Assembly: GCA_028870995.1 (NCBI GenBank)
Contig: JAGWOI010000005.1
Coordinates: forward strand, 39,807 to 103,806
DNA from: Candidatus Omnitrophota bacterium
GTDB lineage: Bacteria; Omnitrophota; Gorgyraeia; Zapsychrales; Fredricksoniimonadaceae
Direction: 5' to 3'
Length of the DNA: 64,000 nt
Below, piece after piece: positions 48,723 through 57,641 of this stretch. A model generated the notes under the pieces. The model searched no databases. It saw nothing but the letters and a program-made list of their open reading frames with translations, and was not told the DNA's origin. How positions within the stretch are numbered: the first letter of the stretch is position 1; every line of letters starts with the position of its first letter. The position numbers and the translations under genes are program-made.

Positions 48723-49546
48723 GCATTCCTTTTGTCAAGATGGTGGGCGCCGGCAATGATTTCATCATCATTGAGGCGCGTAAGGACATGGATTATGCCA
48801 AGTTTGCCCAGGCGGCCTGTGCCCGTCAAAATGGTATCGGCGCTGACGGTGTCCTGGTATTGGATAAATCCGCAGAATCGGATTACCGGATGCGCATCAT
48901 CAATGCTGACGGTTCCGAGGCGGAGATGTGCGGCAACGGGGCCCGCTGCATGGCGGCCTACATCGTGGCCAACATGAGACCGGTCAAGGCGCTCTTTGGC
49001 ATGGAAACCCTGGCCGGGGAAATCCTGGCCGAAGCCAAGGGCGAGACGGCTCGGGTGCGTTTGTCGCCTCCTAAGGATTACATGCCTGACTTGAACATTA
49101 CCGTCGCCAAACAAAAATTACAGGTGCATTATATAGATACCGGCGTGCCGCACACCGTTCTTTTTGTGGATGGCCTTCAGGAGGTTGATGCCAACAGCAT
49201 GGGCGCTTTGATCCGCCGTCATCCGCGGTTCGCGCCAAGAGGCACCAACGTGAACTTCGTGGAACGCGCGCGCGAAGGCATGGTGGCGGTGCGTACCTTT
49301 GAACGCGGGGTGGAGGCAGAGACCCTAGCCTGCGGCACCGGGGCCGTGGCCTCGGCGCTGATCGCCTATTTGCATGCTCATCCGAAGCTCAAGAAACAAA
49401 AAGGCGCCTCCATGAAGGTGTTGACTCAAGCCAAGGAAATTTTGGAAATCACCTTTGATTTGGACGAAGGGCATAAAATAGACAATGTGTGGCTCAAAGG
49501 CTCGGCGAAGCTGATCGCCAAAGGAGAGTACTTTTACCATGGATAG
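48716..49546 (+). CDS. dapF: Diaminopimelate epimerase
   Basis: GAGNDF, EMCGNGARC, GVPH, ERGV..ETLACGTG. Confidence 0.97.
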   Translation: MVSIPFVKMVGAGNDFIIIEARKDMDYAKFAQAACARQNGIGADGVLVLDKSAESDYRMRIINADGSEAEMCGNGARCMAAYIVANMRPVKALFGMETLAGEILAEAKGETARVRLSPPKDYMPDLNITVAKQKLQVHYIDTGVPHTVLFVDGLQEVDANSMGALIRRHPRFAPRGTNVNFVERAREGMVAVRTFERGVEAETLACGTGAVASALIAYLHAHPKLKKQKGASMKVLTQAKEILEITFDLDEGHKIDNVWLKGSAKLIAKGEYFYHG

Positions 49547-50426
49547 AAAGAGATTTCATGGCGCTTTTACGGCCTTGATAACGCCGTTTACCGCCAACGG
49601 CATCGATGAGGCCGCTTATAAAAAATTGATCGAATGGCAGATTGCCCAGGGCATTCACGGCCTGGTGCCCTGCGGCACCACGGGCGAGTCGCCGACCCTT
49701 TCGGAAAAGGAGCATGAACAGGTCATCGAGCTTTGCGTGAAGACCGCTGCCCAAAGGGTGCCGGTCATTGCGGGTACAGGTTCCAATTCCACCCGGGAAG
49801 CGGTCAATATGACCCAGCATGCGGCCAAGATCGGCGCGGACGCGGCCCTGGTGGTAACTCCTTATTATAATAAACCTACGGCCAAGGGCATTTATTTACA
49901 TTATAAGGCCATCAGTGAGAGCGCGGACATACCGATCATTCTCTATAATATTGCCGGACGCACGGCCAGGAACATTGAGCCTGAGTTGATGGCCAAGCTG
50001 GCTTCTTTAAAGAACATCATCGGTGTCAAGGAGGCCTCGGGCAATCAGGAGCAGATGAAAAAGATACGTGAAGTCTGCCCCAAAGATTTTTTGTTGCTGT
50101 CGGGGGATGATGCCTTGACCCTGGCGATTTTAAATATGGGCGGGGTCGGCATTATTTCGGTGGCATCCAATATCGTGCCTCAGGATGTCGCCGGCCTGGT
50201 CAATGCCTTTAATGATGGTGATAAACAAAAGGCCGCGGTCCTTAACGCCAAGCTGCTGCCGTTGATCGATGCCCTGTTTATCGAAACCAATCCTATTCCT
50301 GTCAAGACGGCAGCTGCCCTGATGGGCTTCTGTTCCGACCAGATGCGCCTGCCGATGTGTGCCATGGAAGAGGTGAATTTAGTCCAATTAAAGCAGGCGT
50401 TGAAAGTTTACGGGTTGATTAAATAA
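49539..50426 (+). CDS. dapA: 4-hydroxy-tetrahydrodipicolinate synthase
   Basis: GTTGESPTL, PYYNKP, LYN, GVKEASG, SGDD. Confidence 0.97.
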   Translation: MDRKRFHGAFTALITPFTANGIDEAAYKKLIEWQIAQGIHGLVPCGTTGESPTLSEKEHEQVIELCVKTAAQRVPVIAGTGSNSTREAVNMTQHAAKIGADAALVVTPYYNKPTAKGIYLHYKAISESADIPIILYNIAGRTARNIEPELMAKLASLKNIIGVKEASGNQEQMKKIREVCPKDFLLLSGDDALTLAILNMGGVGIISVASNIVPQDVAGLVNAFNDGDKQKAAVLNAKLLPLIDALFIETNPIPVKTAAALMGFCSDQMRLPMCAMEEVNLVQLKQALKVYGLIK

Positions 50427-50441
50427 AAGCAGGAGTCAGAC

Positions 50442-51158
50442 ATGATCAAACTTGCCGTTTCAGGCTGCCGGGGCCGGATGGGGCAGCGCATCACGGAGTT
50501 GGCCTTACAAGATAAAGCCTTTAAAATAGCAGCCCTGTTGGAAAACAAAAACCGTCAGGACGTGCCGCTATTGTCCCATAATATTCCCATTAATTTCGAA
50601 GATGCTGCCCTCAAAGGCAGCGGGGTGCTGATTGAGTTTACCACTCCTGATGCGACCCTGGCGCATTTGAAGTCCTGCCAGCAATACGGTGTCAACATGG
50701 TCATCGGCACCACCGGCTTTACCAAAGCACAGATCGCGCAAATCAAAAAGGCGTCTTCTAAAATCGCCATCGTATTTTCTTCCAATATGTCGGTGGGCGT
50801 CAATCTTGTCTTCGGCCTCATCCGCCGGGCGGCGGAGATCACGGGTAAAAACTACACCATCACCTTGAGTGAAACCCACCATGTGCATAAAAAAGATGCT
50901 CCGTCGGGAACAGCCAAGACCATGGCTGAAATCGCCGAAGCCCATTCCAAGAGCAGGGTCAAGGACATCGCTTCCATCCGCGAGGGGGAAGTCATCGGCG
51001 ATCACACCATTACCTTTGAAAGCCCGGTGGACCTTATTTCCATCCACCATCATGCCAAAACCCGCGATATTTTCGCGGAGGGTTCGCTGGTTGCCGCCAA
51101 ATTCCTGTCTAAAAAGAAAAAAGGCTTGTTTAACATGCAGGACGTCCTTGGTTTGTGA
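50442..51158 (+). CDS. dapB: 4-hydroxy-tetrahydrodipicolinate reductase
   Basis: GRMG, GTTG, ETHHVHKKDAPSGTA. Confidence 0.97.
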   Translation: MIKLAVSGCRGRMGQRITELALQDKAFKIAALLENKNRQDVPLLSHNIPINFEDAALKGSGVLIEFTTPDATLAHLKSCQQYGVNMVIGTTGFTKAQIAQIKKASSKIAIVFSSNMSVGVNLVFGLIRRAAEITGKNYTITLSETHHVHKKDAPSGTAKTMAEIAEAHSKSRVKDIASIREGEVIGDHTITFESPVDLISIHHHAKTRDIFAEGSLVAAKFLSKKKKGLFNMQDVLGL

Positions 51159-51201
51159 TCCTTAAGTCCTTCGATAATCTTAATTTTAAGGAGCTTGAAT
51201 A

Positions 51202-52380
51202 ATGTCCACCACCGAAGAGTTTAAGATCGAGTTTTCCGACCGTTTGAAATCCCTGCCCCCATACCTTTTTGTGGAGATCGACAAGGCCAGGAGAGAAGCC
51301 ATTGCCGCCGGCCGGGAAATCATCAATTTAGGCGTCGGCGATCCTGACCAGCGCACGCACCAGGCGATCATCGATGCCATGAAAAAAGCCGTGGAAGATG
51401 TGAATAACCATCATTATCCTTTTGATGCCGGCGTGCCGCAGCTTCGTGTCGAGATCGCCCAATGGTTCAAAGGCCGTTTCGGGGTCGTGTTGGAGCCGCA
51501 GACGGAAATCTATCCCCTGATCGGCTCTAAAGAAGGCATCGCCCATCTGCCGCTGGGCATCATCAACCCGGGGGACAAGGTGGTTCTGACCGAGCCGGCC
51601 TATCCGGCTTATCAAGCGGCTGTCACCTTTGCCGGTGGGAAGATCCAGTACCTGCCGCTTAAGGCAGGCAATAACTGGCTCCCGCGCCTCCAGGACATCG
51701 AGGAGTTGAAAAATGCCAAGGCCCTTTTTGTCTGTTACCCCAACAATCCCACTTCGGCCACCGCTGACAAGAAGTTTTATCAGGACCTGATCGCGGTCTG
51801 CAAGGCCAAAGGGATCATCGTTGTCTCCGATCTGGCTTATTCGGAAGTCTACTATGACGGCATCAAGCCGCCGAGCATCCTCGAAGTTGACGGTGCCAGG
51901 GATATCGCGATCGAATTTCATTCTTTTTCCAAAACGTATTACATGACGGGATGGCGCCTGGGCTGGGCCTGCGGCAACCCGACCCTGGTGTCGGCACTGG
52001 CCAAGGTTAAATCCAACTGCGATTCGGGTGTCTTTAATGCCATCCAATACGCGGGGATCGCCGCCTTGAACATGGATCCCCGCGATATCGAGGACATGCG
52101 CGCCGAATACCAGACCCGCCGCGATGCCTTGATCAACGGTCTGCGTTCCGTCGGATGGAAGATAGATCCTCCCAAGGCCGCCTTTTATGTCTGGGCCAAA
52201 ATACCGACTAAGTTTGCTGATTCCATGAGCTGCGCCAAGGCTTTCCTGGAACAAGCGGACATCGTGGTGACGCCTGGTGTGGGTTTTGGCAAGGCCGGTG
52301 AAGGGTATGTGCGCATGGCCTTGACCCTCTCCACCGACCGCATTCATCAGGCCGTGCAGCGCCTGGCCAAGATCTTATAA
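51202..52380 (+). CDS. dapL: LL-diaminopimelate aminotransferase
   Basis: Class I PLP aminotransferase (LPPYLF, GSKEG, YPNNPT, SFSKTY..TGWRLG) directly after dapA-dapB. Confidence 0.85.
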   Translation: MSTTEEFKIEFSDRLKSLPPYLFVEIDKARREAIAAGREIINLGVGDPDQRTHQAIIDAMKKAVEDVNNHHYPFDAGVPQLRVEIAQWFKGRFGVVLEPQTEIYPLIGSKEGIAHLPLGIINPGDKVVLTEPAYPAYQAAVTFAGGKIQYLPLKAGNNWLPRLQDIEELKNAKALFVCYPNNPTSATADKKFYQDLIAVCKAKGIIVVSDLAYSEVYYDGIKPPSILEVDGARDIAIEFHSFSKTYYMTGWRLGWACGNPTLVSALAKVKSNCDSGVFNAIQYAGIAALNMDPRDIEDMRAEYQTRRDALINGLRSVGWKIDPPKAAFYVWAKIPTKFADSMSCAKAFLEQADIVVTPGVGFGKAGEGYVRMALTLSTDRIHQAVQRLAKIL

Positions 52381-52381
52381 T

Positions 52382-52804
52382 ATGGCCGTCGTTTATTTTT
52401 CTTTGGGGTCCAATCTTGGCGACCGCAGGTATTATATTCACAGGGCCGTCGAAGAACTTAAAAGCAAAGGGCTGAAAAGCACCAAGCTCTCCCGGATCAT
52501 CGAGACAGAGCCTTTCGAGGCTCCGGCCCAGGGAAAATTTCTTAATGCCGTTCTAAAGGCCGTCAGCGGACACTCCCCGGAGGAATTGCTTGAAATCGTC
52601 CAGGATGTCGAAAGAAAATTAGGCAGGGCCCAAAAGTCATTCCGAGGTCCCCGTGTCATCGACATCGATATTTTGTTCTACGATGATGTTAAATTGACCA
52701 GTCCGCGGCTGCTGATACCTCATCCGCGGATGCTGGAGAGGGATTTTGTGATGAGTCCCTTGGAAGAGATAGCCCCTCATTTATGCGCGTCGTTAAAACT
52801 GTAA
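52382..52804 (+). CDS. folK: 2-amino-4-hydroxy-6-hydroxymethyldihydropteridine diphosphokinase
   Basis: LGSNLG, FLN, GPRVIDIDIL, IPHPR. Confidence 0.96.
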   Translation: MAVVYFSLGSNLGDRRYYIHRAVEELKSKGLKSTKLSRIIETEPFEAPAQGKFLNAVLKAVSGHSPEELLEIVQDVERKLGRAQKSFRGPRVIDIDILFYDDVKLTSPRLLIPHPRMLERDFVMSPLEEIAPHLCASLKL

Positions 52805-53634
52805 AACAATTACGTCTCATCATCGATGGCCTGCGTCGCAAGGGTAGGACGATCGGCTTTATCCCGACGATGGGATACCTGCATGAAGGCCACCTTTCCC
52901 TTGTCCGGCGCTGCCGTCAAGAATGCGATGTAACGGTTGTGAGCATCTACGTCAATCCCAAACAGTTCGGGCCCCATGAAGATTTGCAGCGTTATCCTCG
53001 GGACATCGGCAGGGACTCGACGATGTTAAAAAAAGAAAATATTGACATTCTTTTTATTCCGTCGGATAATGCTGTTTATTCCAGCGGCTATTTGACATAC
53101 ATCGACGTAGAAAACGTTTCCCGAGCCCTTTGCGGTGCCTTCAGGCCAGGACACTTCCGGGGAGTGGCGACGGTGGTGGCCAAGCTTTTGAACATGGTCC
53201 AGCCGCATGCCCTGTATTTAGGACAAAAGGACGCGCAGCAGGTGGCGGTGCTTAAGCGCATGGCGGCGGATTTGAATTTTCCGGTGGCCGTGCGGACGGT
53301 GCCGACCATGCGAGAGGCCGACGGCCTGGCCATGAGTTCGCGTAATGTGTATTTATCAGCAGCCCATCGCGCTCAAGCTCCGGTGATCTACAAATCCCTG
53401 GTTGCAGTCCGCCGGTGCATCCGGCAGGGGGAGCGCCGGTCAGCAACGCTTGTCGCTATGATTAAAAGGAACATTGAGAGCAACTCTGAGGGAAAGATTC
53501 AATACGTCGCATGTGTGGACGCAGAAAGCTTGGAGCCTTTAAAAACGTTAAGGCACAGGGTTTTGATCGCCGTAGCCGTTTTTTTTGGAACAACGCGACT
53601 GATTGATAATGTCATCGTCCTCATTAAAAACTAA
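52783..53634 (+). CDS. panC: Pantoate-beta-alanine ligase
   Basis: PTMGYLHEGH, RPGHF, GQKDAQQ, AMSSRN, RLIDN. Confidence 0.97.
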   Translation: MRVVKTVKQLRLIIDGLRRKGRTIGFIPTMGYLHEGHLSLVRRCRQECDVTVVSIYVNPKQFGPHEDLQRYPRDIGRDSTMLKKENIDILFIPSDNAVYSSGYLTYIDVENVSRALCGAFRPGHFRGVATVVAKLLNMVQPHALYLGQKDAQQVAVLKRMAADLNFPVAVRTVPTMREADGLAMSSRNVYLSAAHRAQAPVIYKSLVAVRRCIRQGERRSATLVAMIKRNIESNSEGKIQYVACVDAESLEPLKTLRHRVLIAVAVFFGTTRLIDNVIVLIKN

Positions 53635-54448
53635 AGCCAAGTCCAATATTAGAGTAGGAATTTTAGGCTGCGGGGCCATCGGCTCCCGCATTGCCAAAAG
53701 CATCAAGGATGACGGGAGGGCCGTTTTAACGGGCCTTTTTGACATCAACCCTGCCAAATCCGAAAATCTTCAGAAGCATCTTCCCCAGAAAAATATCGTT
53801 AAGAAATCTTACGATGAACTTCTCCACGCCAGCGACCTGGTGGTTGAGGCGGTCAACGCTCCTGACACGCGCGAGCTGGTACGCCGGGCCTTATTGGCCA
53901 GGAAAGACGTCTTGATCATGAGTGTCGGCAAATTCATCGAAGGCGAATCCATTTTTGCGCTGGCCCAGAAGCAAGGTGTCAGGGTGCTTATACCTTCCGG
54001 TGCCATCGCCGGGGTTGACGCGCTCAAGGCCGTCAGCCAGCAGCGCATTGACCGCATTACCCTGACCACCCGCAAGCCGATTTACGGGTTCGCTGATAAT
54101 GCCTTTGTCCAGCAAAAGCGGATCAATTTGTCGCAGATCACCAAGGAAACCATTCTTTTCGAGGGTAATGTGCGCGAGGCGGTCAAATGCTTCCCGCAGA
54201 ACATTAATGTGGCGGCCACCATCGCCCTGGCTTCCGGGGCACGGGATAAGTTGCGCATCCGCATCGCCACTTCACCGGAGTTTAAGGTGAATTCCCATGA
54301 GATCGAAGCGGCCGGCGATTTCGGCCGCCTGGTGACCAAGACCGAAAATGTGGTTTGTCCGGATAACCCCAAGACCAGCTACCTGGCCGTGCTTTCGGCC
54401 GTGCGTACGTTAAAAGAATACTTTCAGGGAGTCAAGATAGGAACCTGA
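53609..54448 (+). CDS. nadX: L-aspartate dehydrogenase
   Basis: GCGAIG, IMSVG, PSGAIAG, FPQNINVA, HEI, NPKTS; start uncertain. Confidence 0.9.
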   Translation: MSSSSLKTKAKSNIRVGILGCGAIGSRIAKSIKDDGRAVLTGLFDINPAKSENLQKHLPQKNIVKKSYDELLHASDLVVEAVNAPDTRELVRRALLARKDVLIMSVGKFIEGESIFALAQKQGVRVLIPSGAIAGVDALKAVSQQRIDRITLTTRKPIYGFADNAFVQQKRINLSQITKETILFEGNVREAVKCFPQNINVAATIALASGARDKLRIRIATSPEFKVNSHEIEAAGDFGRLVTKTENVVCPDNPKTSYLAVLSAVRTLKEYFQGVKIGT

Positions 54449-54485
54449 AATCATACATCAACCATCAACCAAGGAGGAGAATAGC

Positions 54486-54755
54486 ATGGCTGCTAAAAAA
54501 GTCGCAAAAGTAGGGGTGAAGAAAGAAAAAGGTTATCTTTATTTCGTGGACAAGCAAGGCGATGTGTCCTGCGCCAAGATGGCCCGCGGCGACAAAAAGG
54601 GCGGTTCCGCCAAGAAGGTGGCCAAGGTGGGCGTCAAGAGGCAGGAAGGATATCTTTATTTCATCGATAAGCAAGGCGACATCTCCTGCGCCAAAATGGT
54701 CCGCGGCGGCACTAAGAAGAAGAGCAGCAAAAAGAAAGCTCCGAAGCGCAAATAA
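54486..54755 (+). CDS. Small lysine-rich protein with an internal 33-aa tandem duplication; putative nucleic-acid-binding protein
   Basis: Strong AAGGAGG RBS, own terminator, 28 of 89 residues K/R. Confidence 0.88.
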   Translation: MAAKKVAKVGVKKEKGYLYFVDKQGDVSCAKMARGDKKGGSAKKVAKVGVKRQEGYLYFIDKQGDISCAKMVRGGTKKKSSKKKAPKRK

Positions 54756-54769
54756 AAGTTTGCGTGTAC

Positions 54770-54815
54770 AAATAGGGACGTCTGCCATTTATTAGGTAGA
54801 CGTCCCTATTTTTTT
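54770..54815 (+). terminator. Rho-independent terminator
   Basis: AAATAGGGACGTCT 54770-54783 / AGACGTCCCTATTT 54798-54811 plus T run. Confidence 0.85.
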
Positions 54816-54832
54816 ATATAAAATAGTCGACT

Positions 54833-57625
54833 GTGAACGATATCGTCATCCGCGGCGCCCGCGAGCACAATTTGAAGAACCTGGACCTGACCATCCCGCG
54901 CAACCAATTTGTGGTGGTGACGGGTTTGAGCGGTTCGGGCAAGTCGTCTCTGGCCTTTGACACCATTTATGCCGAGGGACAGCGCCGGTACGTCGAAAGC
55001 CTTTCGGCCTATGCCCGTCAGTTTCTGGACCAGCTCCAGAAGCCGTTGGTGGAGCATATCGAAGGCCTTTCCCCGACCATTTCCATCGAGCAGAAGACCG
55101 TCAGCCGCAACCCCCGTTCCACGGTGGCCACCCAGACGGAAATTTATGATTATTTGCGCCTGTTGTTCGCCCGTATCGGCACGCCCCATTGTCCCACCTG
55201 CGGCAAAAGGATAGAGCAGCAAAGCGCCCAGCAGATCGTGGACAGCATTTTGGCTCTGCCCGAGGGAACAAAGATCAACATCTTAAGCCCTTTGATCCGC
55301 GGCCGTAAAGGGGAATACCGCAACATAGGAAAGCAGGTGGCCCGGTCCGGTTTTGCCCGTATGCGCATCAACGGCAAGATTTATGAGGCCGGCGAAACCG
55401 TCAAGCTCGACAAATATAAAGTTCACCACATCGAAGTGGTAGTCGACCGGCTTAGTGTCCGGTCCGATATCCGTAAGCGCTTGTCCGATTCCGTGGAAAC
55501 GGCCCTGAAGACAGGGGAGGGCATGGTTCTCGTGGATTTTAACGGGACGAGGCCCGACCAGGTATTCAGCGAGAAATACGCCTGTACGGATTGCGGGACA
55601 TCGCTCAGCGAGATTTCTCCGCGCATTTTCTCTTTCAACTCCCCTTACGGTGCCTGCGAGGAATGTAAAGGGTTGGGCACAAAGATGGAGGTTGATCCTG
55701 CCAACCTGGTGCCTGACCCTTCCAAGCCGTGGGTAAACGCCATTGCGCCCTGGAAAAAAGGGCAGCGGGGATACATGATGTATTACCGGGCCGTGCTGCG
55801 GGAAATCGCCAGGGCCTACCGGGTCGATCCTCAACTGCCTTTCAGTTCACTGGACAAAAAGTTTAAACACATGGTCTTTTACGGGTCTGACGATGAAATC
55901 TGGGGCCGGACCTTTGAAGGTGTGGTCAAATATTTAGAAAGGCTCTTTAACGAGACGGACAGCGAATGGCTCCAGGAAGAAATAGCCTCGTTCATGTCCG
56001 AGTCTCCTTGCCCGGTTTGCTTAGGGATGCGCCTTAAGAAGGAGTCGCTTGCCGTCAAGGTGGCGGACAAAACAATAGCACAGGTGACGGCATTCTCCAT
56101 CAAGGATGCCAAACAATTTTTCAGCCGGTTGAATCTAAGCAAGGACAAGCAAATCATCAGCGCTGAGATCCTCAAGGAGATCAACCGCCGCCTCGATTTC
56201 TGCATCAATGTCGGCCTTGAATATTTGAGCCTGGACAGGCAGAGCGCCACGCTTTCCGGCGGGGAAGCGGAGCGCATCCGCCTGGCCACCCAGGTGGGTT
56301 CTGGTCTGGTCGGGGTCATTTATGTGTTGGATGAGCCCAGTATCGGCCTGCACCAAAAAGACAATGACCGCCTGCTGGCCACTCTGCATGCCTTGCGTGA
56401 CCTGGGCAACACCTTGATCGTTGTTGAGCATGATGAGGAGACTATCCGCCGCTCAGACTACGTGATCGATCTAGGGCCAGGCGCCGGCGAGCATGGCGGG
56501 GAGGTGATCTATGCCGGGGATGTTAAGGGTTTGATGCAATCCAAGGCATCGTTGACGGGGCGGTATCTGGCCGGTGCTTATCAGATTCATCAACCCGAAC
56601 AGCGCCGGAATATTGTAAATACTGATTTTTTAAAGATCACCGGCGCCCATGAGCACAATTTAAAAGATGTCCAGGTCAATATTCCGCTGGGCACCTTTGT
56701 CTGCGTTACTGGTGTGTCGGGTTCGGGGAAATCCACGCTGGTTGGGGATGTTCTTCATAAGGCCCTGATGCATAAAATTTACGGCAGCAAGATCAAGCCC
56801 GGCCGGTACAAAAAGATCGAGGGAACGGAGCATATCGATAAGGTCATTGAAGTGGACCAGTCGCCCATCGGCCGCACCCCGCGTTCCAATCCGGCCACCT
56901 ACACCGGCACCTTCGGCTTCATCCGCGACCTGTTTGCCCAGCTGCCGGAATCAAAATTGCGCGGCTACAAGCCCGGCCGGTTTAGTTTCAACGTCAAGGG
57001 CGGCCGCTGCGAAGCCTGCGGCGGGGACGGGATCAAGAAGATTGAAATGCACTTCCTGCCGGACGTTTATGTGGAATGCGAGGTCTGCAAAGGCAAACGC
57101 TTCACGGACCAGACCCTGGAAGTAACGTATAAAGGGAAGAACATCTCCGACGTGCTGGCTCTTTCGGTCGTTGAGGCCCTGGATGTTTTTGCCGATATCC
57201 CCCGCATCAAGACCGTCTTGCAAACCATCAACGATGTGGGGTTGGGTTACATCCGCCTGGGGCAGGCGGCCACCACCTTGTCGGGCGGGGAAGCTCAGCG
57301 GGTGAAGCTCGCCAGCGAATTGTGCAAGCCCGCCACCAACCGCACCTTTTATATCCTGGATGAGCCCACGACAGGATTGCATTTTGCGGACGTGGACAAA
57401 TTACTGCAGGTCCTGCAGCGCCTGGTGGACCGCGGCAATACCGTGCTGGTCATCGAGCACAATTTGGATGTGATCAAGGTGGCCGACTACATCATTGACT
57501 TGGGACCCGACGGGGGCGACCGCGGGGGCGAGGTGGTTTTTGCGGGCAGTCCCGAGGACATGGTGCGCCGTCCGTCTTCCTACACCGCACAATACTTAAA
57601 ACATTTCTTAAACAAATCAAAGTAA
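54833..57625 (+). CDS. uvrA: Excinuclease ABC subunit A
   Basis: [22 protein letters not shown], two ABC cassettes, Zn-finger Cys pairs; GTG start. Confidence 0.98.
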   Translation: MNDIVIRGAREHNLKNLDLTIPRNQFVVVTGLSGSGKSSLAFDTIYAEGQRRYVESLSAYARQFLDQLQKPLVEHIEGLSPTISIEQKTVSRNPRSTVATQTEIYDYLRLLFARIGTPHCPTCGKRIEQQSAQQIVDSILALPEGTKINILSPLIRGRKGEYRNIGKQVARSGFARMRINGKIYEAGETVKLDKYKVHHIEVVVDRLSVRSDIRKRLSDSVETALKTGEGMVLVDFNGTRPDQVFSEKYACTDCGTSLSEISPRIFSFNSPYGACEECKGLGTKMEVDPANLVPDPSKPWVNAIAPWKKGQRGYMMYYRAVLREIARAYRVDPQLPFSSLDKKFKHMVFYGSDDEIWGRTFEGVVKYLERLFNETDSEWLQEEIASFMSESPCPVCLGMRLKKESLAVKVADKTIAQVTAFSIKDAKQFFSRLNLSKDKQIISAEILKEINRRLDFCINVGLEYLSLDRQSATLSGGEAERIRLATQVGSGLVGVIYVLDEPSIGLHQKDNDRLLATLHALRDLGNTLIVVEHDEETIRRSDYVIDLGPGAGEHGGEVIYAGDVKGLMQSKASLTGRYLAGAYQIHQPEQRRNIVNTDFLKITGAHEHNLKDVQVNIPLGTFVCVTGVSGSGKSTLVGDVLHKALMHKIYGSKIKPGRYKKIEGTEHIDKVIEVDQSPIGRTPRSNPATYTGTFGFIRDLFAQLPESKLRGYKPGRFSFNVKGGRCEACGGDGIKKIEMHFLPDVYVECEVCKGKRFTDQTLEVTYKGKNISDVLALSVVEALDVFADIPRIKTVLQTINDVGLGYIRLGQAATTLSGGEAQRVKLASELCKPATNRTFYILDEPTTGLHFADVDKLLQVLQRLVDRGNTVLVIEHNLDVIKVADYIIDLGPDGGDRGGEVVFAGSPEDMVRRPSSYTAQYLKHFLNKSK

Positions 57626-57626
57626 T

Positions 57627-57635
57627 TGTTATAAT
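57627..57635 (+). promoter_or_regulatory. Extended -10 promoter, leaderless geometry
   Basis: TGtTATAAT 57627-57635, 6 nt before ATG 57642, no Shine-Dalgarno. Confidence 0.7.
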
Positions 57636-57641
57636 TATCAC

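Noticed and set aside
51328-52347. 339-aa antisense ORF over dapL, and similar long antisense ORFs over nfu, sufD, moaA and argF
   Set aside because: Shadow ORFs expected from codon bias of the real genes; no motifs, RBS or promoter
54756-54832. LexA/SOS box upstream of uvrA
   Set aside because: No known LexA motif visible; the only long palindrome is the upstream terminator
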